Of a stretch of DNA of 25,831 nucleotides, positions 8,309 to 16,421 are shown in pieces. Under the pieces are notes generated by a model that saw only the letters and a list, made by a program, of their open reading frames with translations, did not search any database and was not told where the DNA came from. Every line of letters starts with the position of its first letter. The first letter of the stretch is position 1. The position numbers and the translations under genes are program-made. The stretch is from a bacterium (lineage in GTDB: Bacteria; Zhuqueibacterota; Zhuqueibacteria; Oceanimicrobiales; Oceanimicrobiaceae), in assembly GCA_046757165.1 (NCBI GenBank), contig JBHHXT010000056.1, positions 1 through 25,831 on the forward strand, written 5' to 3'.

Positions 8309-8803
8309 GGGGAGATCTCCTTCTCTGCTCTCTTACTTCACCAGTATTATTCATAAACTTGTAAAAGACGCTCAAATCTGCCAAACGTCTGAAAGGAAGG
8401 AACGGTTTCTATCGGCAAGGTTCAAGGGAAAAACGGTAGGGTGGGAGATAATGCGACATGAGGTCCTTGTCCGGTTATCGATCCAGCAGAGTAGTCTCCG
8501 GCTGTGTTTTGTTTCAGGCAGTCCGGAGCAAATAGACATTTGTCAACGCATTCCCTCCATGGCGTCTATTCGCTCCTCGTCCTCTGTTCCGATTGACCAC
8601 CTCCAGTGTCCAGCGAAAGATGTGGAACACGATAAGTCCTGGGGGGGGCCAGGGGTCGGTCGAACAGCAAGCCCTCCACACAACTGTAAGGGGAAACAAA
8701 AGATGAATGGACAGTCCCGGATCGTTCTTAATTCCAACAAAATAATGAACCCTGAAACTCAACCGGACTCGACTGGTCTCAGACAGCGTTTTGGGGGGAG
8801 CGA

Positions 8804-9739
8804 TCAAAAATACTTCGTCACCACCACCATGTGCGTGCCGACATTATTGGGCAATGCCAGAAAACTCAACGCATAGCTGATCTCCAAATCCTTGAGAAAC
8901 GACACCAGCCGGTGTTTTGGCGCGAGGCGGTAGGCCACACTGGCGCTGATATTCTGCATCGACGCTTCAGAGCCGGCGAAGAAGGAGGTCAACTGCAGGC
9001 GCGGGATGAGGCGGCCATCCATAAACGGCTGTTCGGCCGCGAAGCTCAAACCGAAATTCGACCCGGCGTAACCATCTCCGGCAATGCCTTGTAACGCGAT
9101 CTTCAGGCCAGCAGGCGTGGTCACCCGGCCGCCTACGATAAAACCGCGACCATAAGAGAGGTCAGAATCGCTCAGCTTCGGGGTGTTGAGATCGACCACG
9201 ACCACTTCCAGGGCAAGCTGACGCCATTTGAAAAGCAGTCCCAGGTCGATACTGACTGAATGGCCGCCAGCGACCGTTTCATCGCCGAACTCAACCAGAC
9301 GGTCAGCCTGTCGCTTGATCGCGAGACCGACTCCGACGGCGCTGTCCTCACCGCCGTAACCGAGATCTTTGCTCGAGAGGGCGAAGGTAAAATGCAGGAG
9401 TCGCTTCTCATGGCGCAAGCCTGGTTGGTCATCTCTGAGCACATCTTGCGCGGAGCTGCTGATGCTCAGATTCGGCGCCATCCAGGAGATGAACGTGCCG
9501 TCCCCCATACCGGAAACGGCCCGGCCAAAGTTGAGGCGATTGTCCGACACAAACGCTGCGTTCGCCGGGTTGGTCAGAATGGAGCTGGCTCCGAGCGCGC
9601 TGAACACCGCGCCGAGGCTGATCGGCTCCTTCCTCCCGAAGATCTGGTAATCGTCTGAGAGAAAGTCGCTTTGCGCAAACCCGGAAGATGCCCTCATCAG
9701 ATGGATGCCGAAAAATGTCACTGCCATTGCGGTCTTCAT
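8804..9739 (-). CDS. Outer-membrane beta-barrel protein, PorV/FadL-like (311 aa)
   Basis: ATG 9739 with an AGGAGAG RBS, signal peptide, N-terminal NPA motif (SILTNPAN), alternating beta-strands, and C-terminal Phe. Confidence 0.65.
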   Translation of the reverse strand: MKTAMAVTFFGIHLMRASSGFAQSDFLSDDYQIFGRKEPISLGAVFSALGASSILTNPANAAFVSDNRLNFGRAVSGMGDGTFISWMAPNLSISSSAQDVLRDDQPGLRHEKRLLHFTFALSSKDLGYGGEDSAVGVGLAIKRQADRLVEFGDETVAGGHSVSIDLGLLFKWRQLALEVVVVDLNTPKLSDSDLSYGRGFIVGGRVTTPAGLKIALQGIAGDGYAGSNFGLSFAAEQPFMDGRLIPRLQLTSFFAGSEASMQNISASVAYRLAPKHRLVSFLKDLEISYALSFLALPNNVGTHMVVVTKYF

Positions 9740-9761
9740 TGTTCTCTCCTGTGTTGATAGA

Positions 9762-9817
9762 CTACGGCCAGGATGAGACCCGCCCGTCCGTGGATCTGGC
9801 CTCAATCCCGGCCATAG
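9762..9817. other. Intergenic stem-loop within the envelope operon
   Basis: CTACGGCCAGGA-TGAG ... CTCA-A-TCCCGGCCATAG; it pairs better on the minus (transcribed) strand through G-U pairs. Confidence 0.5.
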
Positions 9818-9828
9818 ACTCGAGCGAT

Positions 9829-10650
9829 TCAACGCCGAAACGTATAATTCAGTCCTATCCCGACCAGCCTGGTCGGGCCGGACTCGACCATCACCGCATC
9901 CTCGAACAAGCGCTGGCTGTCGATTCTGAAAAACGTGGTCATAAAGAGCGATGAGGTCCACGCCAGTCGAAACGAGATGGCGAAGAAGGCCTCTTCTTTT
10001 TCGTTCAGATGTTTCAGGGAGCCCCCCCAGCTCCCCTCCAGAAGCATTTCGAGTGGGAAATCACGATGGATTTCGCCCGCGCGTCTGCCAAAGGTGATGG
10101 TGGCGCCGGCAAATGCGTGGTACGTCGTCAGCTTGGTGCCGACGCCCGTGTGCAGCGTGATGTCAACCAGCGTGGCATCAAAGAATTTGTCTACCACATA
10201 GTAGGCGCCGTAGGGCAACGCCAGCCCGATTGCCATCGCCACCCGGTGTGTCTTCCGGGTCATGGACATGACCTGATATTTGACCGATGGGAAAATCGGC
10301 ACGGGTGAGTCGAGCTCTGGGAGACCGTTCGCAATGGCCACGCCTCCCAATTCCCGTTTGCTGGCGTAGAAGGGTGTGTTGGTGGCGGCAAACTCCAGCC
10401 CGGGGATGCGGGCGCCATAGCTGAGCTTGACCGAGAAGGGCTGCAAGGTCAGGTCCGCTCCAGTGGCTGGTTTGGCTGTGTAGGCGATGGTGACGTGCTC
10501 AGGCGGTTGCGTCTGCGCCGTTGGAATGAACGACAGGCCGGAAAAGCCGTAGTAAGACTGAGTCCTGAAACTGGCGCCGGCGTACTGCTGGCCAAACGCC
10601 GTGGGCGCCCACATGACCACCAGAAAAATCACGGTTGCGTGCTTCATCAC
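9829..10650 (-). CDS. Secreted/outer-membrane protein, YjbH-like beta-barrel (273 aa)
   Basis: GAGGAG RBS, signal peptide ending AFG-Q, YYGFSGLSFIPTA (YjbH-like N-terminal motif), and a C-terminal beta-strand GIGLNYTF. Confidence 0.6.
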   Translation of the reverse strand: MMKHATVIFLVVMWAPTAFGQQYAGASFRTQSYYGFSGLSFIPTAQTQPPEHVTIAYTAKPATGADLTLQPFSVKLSYGARIPGLEFAATNTPFYASKRELGGVAIANGLPELDSPVPIFPSVKYQVMSMTRKTHRVAMAIGLALPYGAYYVVDKFFDATLVDITLHTGVGTKLTTYHAFAGATITFGRRAGEIHRDFPLEMLLEGSWGGSLKHLNEKEEAFFAISFRLAWTSSLFMTTFFRIDSQRLFEDAVMVESGPTRLVGIGLNYTFRR

Positions 10651-10657
10651 GAACTCC

Positions 10658-12355
10658 TCACTTGGCTAGAAGGTGGAAAAGTAGCCCGGCGATACCTATC
10701 GAGGTGACGCCGAGGATATATCGTTTGGACTTCTTGAATTTTGCCCTGACGACAGAATGGCGGTTGGGCGCGACGGAAACACGCCTGGACTCTTCCGCAT
10801 AGGGCAGGCGAACGGTGACATTGTATTCGCCTTTTTCAATATTCTCGAGCAGAAAAGGCGCGCGCCCTTTGTAGGACCCATCGAGAAAGATGCGGGCATT
10901 CGGCGGCGTGGTTTCGACCAGGATGGCGCCCGGTTTTTCTTGCAGGTCAAAGCTGAGGTCGAGCAACCGTTTGTGCTGCACCACAATTTGTTTGCGCTCG
11001 CGGAAATAATCATCCTTTTCGATAGCGATCGTGTACCGCCCAATCGGCGCCTCGAAGTTCAGGATGGGCGTCCGGCCAATTTCTCGCGCGGTTTGCCCCT
11101 CCCTGGCCAGGAAGACAATCGCGCCTTCCGGCTGCGAAAGAATCGAGAGCGTGCCCATTTTTTCAGCCAATGCCACATCCAGAATCTCCTGCTTGCTCGG
11201 TTGGATCAGCACGGAGGAAGTCCACGCCTCGTACCCCGGCTTTTTGACGCGCACAACAAGCTCGCCCGGTGGAATGTTGGAAAACGTGTGCGGACTTTTT
11301 GCGACTCGCTTTCCCTTCAAGTAGATCTCTGCGCTCGATGGCGTCGAATTTACGGTGAGCATTCCCGGACTCACTTCGAGCGTCGCCTTCACGTCTGTCG
11401 GCTGGAAGCTTCGCACCACCACTTTCTGAGTCCACGGCTTGTAGTTTTCTTTGACCAGCCGGATTTCATGCTCCCCCTCGGCAACTTGTTTCAGGGACAT
11501 CGGGGTCTGCCCGACACGATTGTTATCCAGGAAAACCTGCGCACCAGTCGGCTCGGAATTGATATTCATGGACCCCGGTTTGGCGGTTAGAGACACTTTC
11601 ACGGTGCGCTCCATTTTGGCGAGCACGTCGATCTTCCCTTCCCAATCGAAGTAGCCGCCGCGGATGAGCCGCAAATGGTAGGTTCCCTCGAGCAGATTTG
11701 GAATTTGCAGAAGCTCGAACGCATCAGTGAAGCCGATGAACTTGTGGTCCAGATACACTTCAGCGCCTGCCGGCTGCGAAGTAATGGTGATGCTGCCCAT
11801 CCACTGCCGCAGATACCTCTGCTCCAGCTCATTGGCCAGCCCTTCGACCACGTCCCGAATCTGCTTCAAATCATGACAGGTGCCGTAGAGCGCAACCACG
11901 ATTTCTGAGCTCCGGGTGGCGATGAGCCGCGCGTCAATGTGCAGGGTCTTGTTGATCAACGACACATCCCCGACCAGGATGACCTCGACATCATAGAGCT
12001 TGCCCAACTCTTGCGTTTGTTCCTTTGTCAGACCAGAGCTCGCCAAAACGTGCTCATTCAGGACCCGGTGCAATTCATTGTGCTCCAGAACGCTGAAGTT
12101 GGTCTGATTCCGCAACGCCGTGGCCAACATGGAAGAAACGGTGCGCCCGAGCTCGGCTTCCTTCGCCTGCGCATTGGCGTTGGTGAAAGGCAGAATAGCG
12201 ATGCGCGGTTTCTTGCGGTAGACCGGTTCTTGCTCGACAAGCGAATCGGGGGGTGCAGCATCCGGCAGGCGTGCGTCTGGAAGCGTGCGTTCCTGGGCCA
12301 GGAGCGATAGCGAGAGCAAGAACATCGTTACGGTACACAAGATCGTCTTTTGCAT
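10658..12355 (-). CDS. CsgG/FlgO/TolB-N-like domain + five PEGA domains (565 aa)
   Basis: ATG 12355 with a GAGGAGG RBS; signal peptide; RIAILPF.N...F.VLE...LGKL..V..ILVG.V...IDARLI; five G.L.I.S.P.GA.V.LD repeats; hydrophobic C-terminus. Confidence 0.88.
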   Translation of the reverse strand: MQKTILCTVTMFLLSLSLLAQERTLPDARLPDAAPPDSLVEQEPVYRKKPRIAILPFTNANAQAKEAELGRTVSSMLATALRNQTNFSVLEHNELHRVLNEHVLASSGLTKEQTQELGKLYDVEVILVGDVSLINKTLHIDARLIATRSSEIVVALYGTCHDLKQIRDVVEGLANELEQRYLRQWMGSITITSQPAGAEVYLDHKFIGFTDAFELLQIPNLLEGTYHLRLIRGGYFDWEGKIDVLAKMERTVKVSLTAKPGSMNINSEPTGAQVFLDNNRVGQTPMSLKQVAEGEHEIRLVKENYKPWTQKVVVRSFQPTDVKATLEVSPGMLTVNSTPSSAEIYLKGKRVAKSPHTFSNIPPGELVVRVKKPGYEAWTSSVLIQPSKQEILDVALAEKMGTLSILSQPEGAIVFLAREGQTAREIGRTPILNFEAPIGRYTIAIEKDDYFRERKQIVVQHKRLLDLSFDLQEKPGAILVETTPPNARIFLDGSYKGRAPFLLENIEKGEYNVTVRLPYAEESRRVSVAPNRHSVVRAKFKKSKRYILGVTSIGIAGLLFHLLAK

Positions 12356-12809
12356 GGCGTACCTCCTCTTTGACTTCAAGGTCTTCGTGCGCCCTCGCAA
12401 AGGTCATGCCTGACCACCATCCGTGGGGAGTCAGTTCCCTAAGCGTTTGATAATAAACTAACTATGCTTTCGCTTCAGTCTGTGCTCGGGAGACCATCAG
12501 GTGCTCGACCGGTGTGAAGCCGCCAGGCGAAGGTGTGAACCTTCTTCACGTCGCCCTGCGGGCCTATGAAAATTCAAGAAAATAGAAATAGCGGGGGACA
12601 CTCAGTCTCTCCCGCAATAAAATCGTTGCTTTCTGTTGGCGGAGTTCTATATTCCCTTCAGGATGAGCTTACGGGGATGCAGCCTCCTGCCCGAGAAACT
12701 TCTTTGATCCTGCCGCAGCCTGTTTGCCCCTATCATTCCCTGTCCGAGCTCTGGTTTCTTGAGAGATCACGCTTCAATCGGTGCTCTTTAGGTTAAGGAC
12801 CTAAGCAGG

Positions 12810-12840
12810 AAATTCGAAATCTTAAACTCTAAACGCGAAA
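12810..12840. repeat. Degenerate heptamer tandem array (AAAnnnn)
   Basis: AAATTCG AAATCTT AAACTCT AAACGCG AAA. Confidence 0.5.
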
Positions 12841-12876
12841 AACAACCACCCCCAGCGCCGACATCGCCGGGGAAAC

Positions 12877-12918
12877 ACATCTCACGTTTGGCGTCTCACG
12901 TTCGACATTTCACATTTC
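12877..12918. repeat. Degenerate heptamer tandem array (ACRTYTC-like, 6 units)
   Basis: ACATCTC ACGTTTG GCGTCTC ACGTTCG ACATTTC ACATTTC, about 40 nt upstream of the subtilase start. Confidence 0.7.
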
Positions 12919-12959
12919 TTCACAAAATCTTCTAACAAATCCTCAAAAAGGAGGTTACC

Positions 12960-14675
12960 ATGCAATTCACACGCAAAGTTATTCATTGCAGACTGACAGT
13001 CGCAGTACTTTTGTCAGGGATTGTGGCCATCACAAGCGCACAATCACAGGAGGCGGAGTTCCGCCCGGGGGAGGTGATCGTGAAATTCAAATCCACTGTC
13101 TCGAGGGCTGCCGTCAGCAGCGTCCTGGCCAACACCGGTATTGAAATTGCCCAGGAATTTGGCGAGATCTCTGTCTACAGGTGTACCATCAGTGGCGACA
13201 AATCCGTGCCCGGCGCGGTTGCCGCCTGCAACGCGGACCCGACCATCGAATACGCCGAGCCAAACTACATCTATCGTACTTTCCAAACCCCAAACGATCC
13301 GAGGTTTCCAGAATTGTGGAACATGGTCATGGTCAATGCCCCGCAAGCGTGGGACATTCAAACCGGTGACCGGGCCATCGTGGTCGGTGTCATCGACACG
13401 GGCGTCGATCTCGACCACGAAGACCTTGCGGCGAATATGTGGAAAAACGCCGGCGAAAGCGGCGGCGGCAAAGAAAGCAACGGCGTCGACGATGACGGCA
13501 ACGGGTTGATCGATGATTACCAGGGCTGGGATTTCATCAACAATGACAACGATCCCAATGACGACAATGACCACGGCACCCACGTCTCCGGCACCCTCGG
13601 CGCGGTGGGTAACAACAACATCGGCGTCGCGGGCGTCAACTGGATCGTCTCGATCATGCCCCTCAAGTTCCTGGGCGGTGACGGCAGCGGCACGACCGAC
13701 AACGCCGTTGAAGCGATCATCTACGCGACGAAGATGGGGGCAAAGATCCTGAGCAACAGTTGGGGCGGCGGCGGCCGCTCGCAAGCTCTGGAAGATGCCA
13801 TCAAGTTTGCCAACGACAACGGCGTCCTGTTCATGGCGGCAGCAGGCAATGAAGGCAGAAACACGGACCAGTTTCCAACCTATCCGGCGGGATACGAGCT
13901 TGGCAACGTCATCGCCGTGGCAAACAGCAACAGCGACGATCGCCTCTCGGGCACCTCCAACTTTGGCAGAACGTCAGTGGATTTGGCCGCGCCCGGCAGG
14001 CAAATTCTCAGCACGGTGAGAAATGACCGCTACACCAAATTCTCCGGGACCTCGATGGCGACCCCGCATGTCAGCGGCGCCGCGGCCCTGGTGTGGGCCC
14101 AGTATCCAGGCGTCAGTAGCAGCCAGGTGAAGATTCGTCTGCTCGGCTCGGTTGACCGCAGTTCGGATTACGCCGGTAAAGTCGTCACGGGCGGCAGGCT
14201 AAATGTATTCAAAGCCCTGTCGACCGAACCGGTGATCTTCACCAGACAGCTTGACAACACGGAGGACGAGAGCGGCCCCTATGCTGTAGACGCCGACATC
14301 GTCGACGACACCTCCATTGCCTCTGCTACGTTGACCTACCAGGTGTCTGGCCAGCCTGCTGTGACGAACGCCATGACCCCTTCGGGCAATGACCATTACC
14401 GCGCGGAAATCCCGGGGCAGCCATTGGGCTCCACCATCACTTACTTTGTCAAAGCAAGCGACAGCGATGGCCATGAAACCCGCGACGCGAATTTTACTTT
14501 TGAAATCAAGAAGAAGGATGACGGAGGAATTTGTGGCGACGATGAGGGGGCGGTCGAGCTCACCTCGATTCCCAATCCAGGCTTGCGCAAAACAGTCAAC
14601 GCGGCGCTGAACCTCCTGTTCTTTTTGCTGCCCTTGTTTGCAATCAGAGGACGGGCTAAACGGGCTAAGAAATAA
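12960..14675 (+). CDS. S8 family serine peptidase (subtilase) with pro-domain, C-terminal beta-domain and membrane anchor (571 aa)
   Basis: AAGGAGGT RBS; signal peptide; pro-domain (PGEVIVKFK...YAEPNY); catalytic triad VIDTG, DHGTHVSG, GTSMATPHV; oxyanion AAGN; C-terminus GGIC...LLFFLLPLFAIRGRAKRAKK. Confidence 0.95.
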   Translation: MQFTRKVIHCRLTVAVLLSGIVAITSAQSQEAEFRPGEVIVKFKSTVSRAAVSSVLANTGIEIAQEFGEISVYRCTISGDKSVPGAVAACNADPTIEYAEPNYIYRTFQTPNDPRFPELWNMVMVNAPQAWDIQTGDRAIVVGVIDTGVDLDHEDLAANMWKNAGESGGGKESNGVDDDGNGLIDDYQGWDFINNDNDPNDDNDHGTHVSGTLGAVGNNNIGVAGVNWIVSIMPLKFLGGDGSGTTDNAVEAIIYATKMGAKILSNSWGGGGRSQALEDAIKFANDNGVLFMAAAGNEGRNTDQFPTYPAGYELGNVIAVANSNSDDRLSGTSNFGRTSVDLAAPGRQILSTVRNDRYTKFSGTSMATPHVSGAAALVWAQYPGVSSSQVKIRLLGSVDRSSDYAGKVVTGGRLNVFKALSTEPVIFTRQLDNTEDESGPYAVDADIVDDTSIASATLTYQVSGQPAVTNAMTPSGNDHYRAEIPGQPLGSTITYFVKASDSDGHETRDANFTFEIKKKDDGGICGDDEGAVELTSIPNPGLRKTVNAALNLLFFLLPLFAIRGRAKRAKK

Positions 14676-14713
14676 GGGGGCTCGCGAGAAACGAGACCCG
14701 GGACTTGCATGAA

Positions 14714-14829
14714 ACCTGGCCGAGAAGCAGGCTGCCATTCCCAGCCAGCCTCGTGCTGGCTGGAAACCAGCGGCAGCCTGGTCGTGAGACCCGACCTTGT
14801 CGGCCAGGTCTTACTTTTTTCTTTCCTTT
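14714..14829 (+). terminator. Branched GC-rich RNA structure followed by a U-tract; probable terminator or structured 3' UTR
   Basis: Stems ACCTGGCCGA/TCGGCCAGGT, CAGGCTGCC/GGCAGCCTG, CCAGCCAGC/GCTGGCTGG and GGTCG/CGACC, then CTTACTTTTTTCTTT. Confidence 0.6.
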
Positions 14830-14857
14830 CGCCCTGCGCGCCAAAGCCTCAACCTAA

Positions 14858-14944
14858 TTCGGTGTCTTTCGGTGACTTCGGTGCCCTTCGGTGGGAAAAT
14901 CTTAAGACCACCGAAAATCACCGAAGTCGCCGAAGGTCACTGAA
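14858..14944. repeat. Inverted pair of 9/10-nt tandem arrays (TTCGGTG / CACCGAA), 4 units each
   Basis: TTCGGTGTCT TTCGGTGAC TTCGGTGCCC TTCGGTGG, a 13-nt loop, then CCACCGAA AATCACCGAA GTCGCCGAA GGTCACTGAA; the spacing is exactly mirrored. Confidence 0.9.
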
Positions 14945-15069
14945 ATTTGCTTGATTTATCGTTGCCAATTCGATATTTTGCCTGAACAGCAGTCGCTGAC
15001 CCCGGACGGATGCTATCTTTCAAGGCAGGATGGCTAAACCGATCGCAAGCCTCAAAAAGGGAGAGAATT

Positions 15070-15873
15070 GTGCTTCGCATTGGCTTTTATCAATTCCGGC
15101 CGCTTTTCGGCCGCAAAGACAAGAATATAGCAAAAATAACCGCGGCGCTGAGCAACGTGCAAGCCGATTTGATCGTCTTGCCCGAGCTCGCTTTTACCGG
15201 CTACTATTTCAAGGACCGGGCAGAAACCTTCGCGCTTGCAGAAGACCCGGAAACTTCCTCGACGATAGAAAGCTTGCTTGCCCTGTGCCGGCAGCAGGAT
15301 TTCTATCTGGTCACAGGCTTTTCCGAGAAGCAGCGTGACCGGGTGTTCAACAGCGCACTGTTGCTCGGCCCGGAAGGCCGGGTACACACCTACCGCAAAC
15401 TCCATCTTTTCAACCAGGAAAAACGGTGGTTCGACCCGGGGGATACGCCGCTCGAGGTGCAGAAGGTGCGTGGCGCTAGAATCGGTATGATGATCTGTTT
15501 TGACTGGATATTCCCGGAGGTCACACGCACCCTGACAGTGCAGGGCGCGCAAATCATCTGCCATCCCTCCAATCTGGTGCTCGATTACTGCCAGCAGACC
15601 ATGCTCTCGCGGTGTCTGGAAAACGGCGTGTTTGCCATTACGGCCAATCGCTTCGGCGCGGACCGGCGGCCGCACGGGGACTTGCGCTTTACTGGAAAAA
15701 GCCAGATCGTCGCGCCAAAGGGCAGGCTCATTCACCGGGCACATTCGCAATCTGAAGCGCTCTTTATTGTTACCATTGACCCGGGTCTGGCCGATGACAA
15801 ACAGATCACGGCGCTCAATCATCAAATCGAAGACCGGCGTCCGGAGTTTTATGCACCGCTTTGCCGCACCTGA
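15070..15873 (+). CDS. Carbon-nitrogen hydrolase / nitrilase-family amidohydrolase (267 aa)
   Basis: Glu-Lys-Cys triad: LIVLPEL, YRKLHLF, ICFDW.FPE; also ANR.G. The start is re-called at GTG 15070 after AAGGGAG. Confidence 0.92.
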   Translation: MLRIGFYQFRPLFGRKDKNIAKITAALSNVQADLIVLPELAFTGYYFKDRAETFALAEDPETSSTIESLLALCRQQDFYLVTGFSEKQRDRVFNSALLLGPEGRVHTYRKLHLFNQEKRWFDPGDTPLEVQKVRGARIGMMICFDWIFPEVTRTLTVQGAQIICHPSNLVLDYCQQTMLSRCLENGVFAITANRFGADRRPHGDLRFTGKSQIVAPKGRLIHRAHSQSEALFIVTIDPGLADDKQITALNHQIEDRRPEFYAPLCRT

Positions 15874-15971
15874 GACCAGGCTATTTGACAGGGTGACCTT
15901 GAAAGAAAGGTGAAGCTGCCGATACCTAAGATATTTCTGACTCAAAAGAGACTCGATAAACCTGATCCAAT

Positions 15972-16421
15972 ATGGGTGGAATTGCCAACGTCAACCTCAT
16001 CTTTGCTTTGCACCTCGCTTCCACTTTCGTCATGCTTGGCTTGATCTGGTTTATCCAGCTCGTGCACTATCCTTTGCTGGCTCAAATCAGCCGTTACCGC
16101 GCCGGGGCGTATCACCAGACTCGCATGCGCCTGGCCACCTGGGTCTTCGGGCCTCCCATGGTGACTGAGCTGATCACGGCCGTTCTTCTTGTCTGGCGCC
16201 CGGCGGCAGTGTTTCCTGTCAAGATGGCCTGGGTTGGGCTGGCTTTGCTGGGGGTCATCTGGCTGGCCACCGCCTTTTTGCAGGCGCCGAGGCATGAGAT
16301 CCTGGCCATCGCTTTTGTCGAGGAGACGCACCGCAAACTCGTCAGCAGCAACTGGATTCGAACCGTGGCCTGGACGGTGCGCGGCGTGCTCCTTTGCTAC
16401 TTCCTGCTCATGAATCTCTAA
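15972..16421 (+). CDS. Hypothetical membrane protein (149 aa, about 4 TM helices)
   Basis: GLIWFIQLVHYPL, P.M..EL, P.H..L and NWIRT..W look like conserved motifs; four hydrophobic segments. Its 3' end overlaps gdhB by 14 nt. Confidence 0.75.
   Translation: MGGIANVNLIFALHLASTFVMLGLIWFIQLVHYPLLAQISRYRAGAYHQTRMRLATWVFGPPMVTELITAVLLVWRPAAVFPVKMAWVGLALLGVIWLATAFLQAPRHEILAIAFVEETHRKLVSSNWIRTVAWTVRGVLLCYFLLMNL

Noticed and set aside
8217..8876. 219-aa plus-strand ORF and 97-aa minus-strand ORF (8514-8807) in the 8309-8803 gap
   Set aside because: No motifs or convincing RBS, and the plus-strand ORF overlaps both neighbours. I also looked for a riboswitch and found only a weak GAAA-loop hairpin near 8606-8630.
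12401..12800. Riboswitch (e.g. c-di-GMP-I) or small ORF 12566-12796 in the divergent intergenic region
   Set aside because: GGCAAAC occurs on the minus strand but the rest of the consensus is missing, and the ORF has no supporting features.
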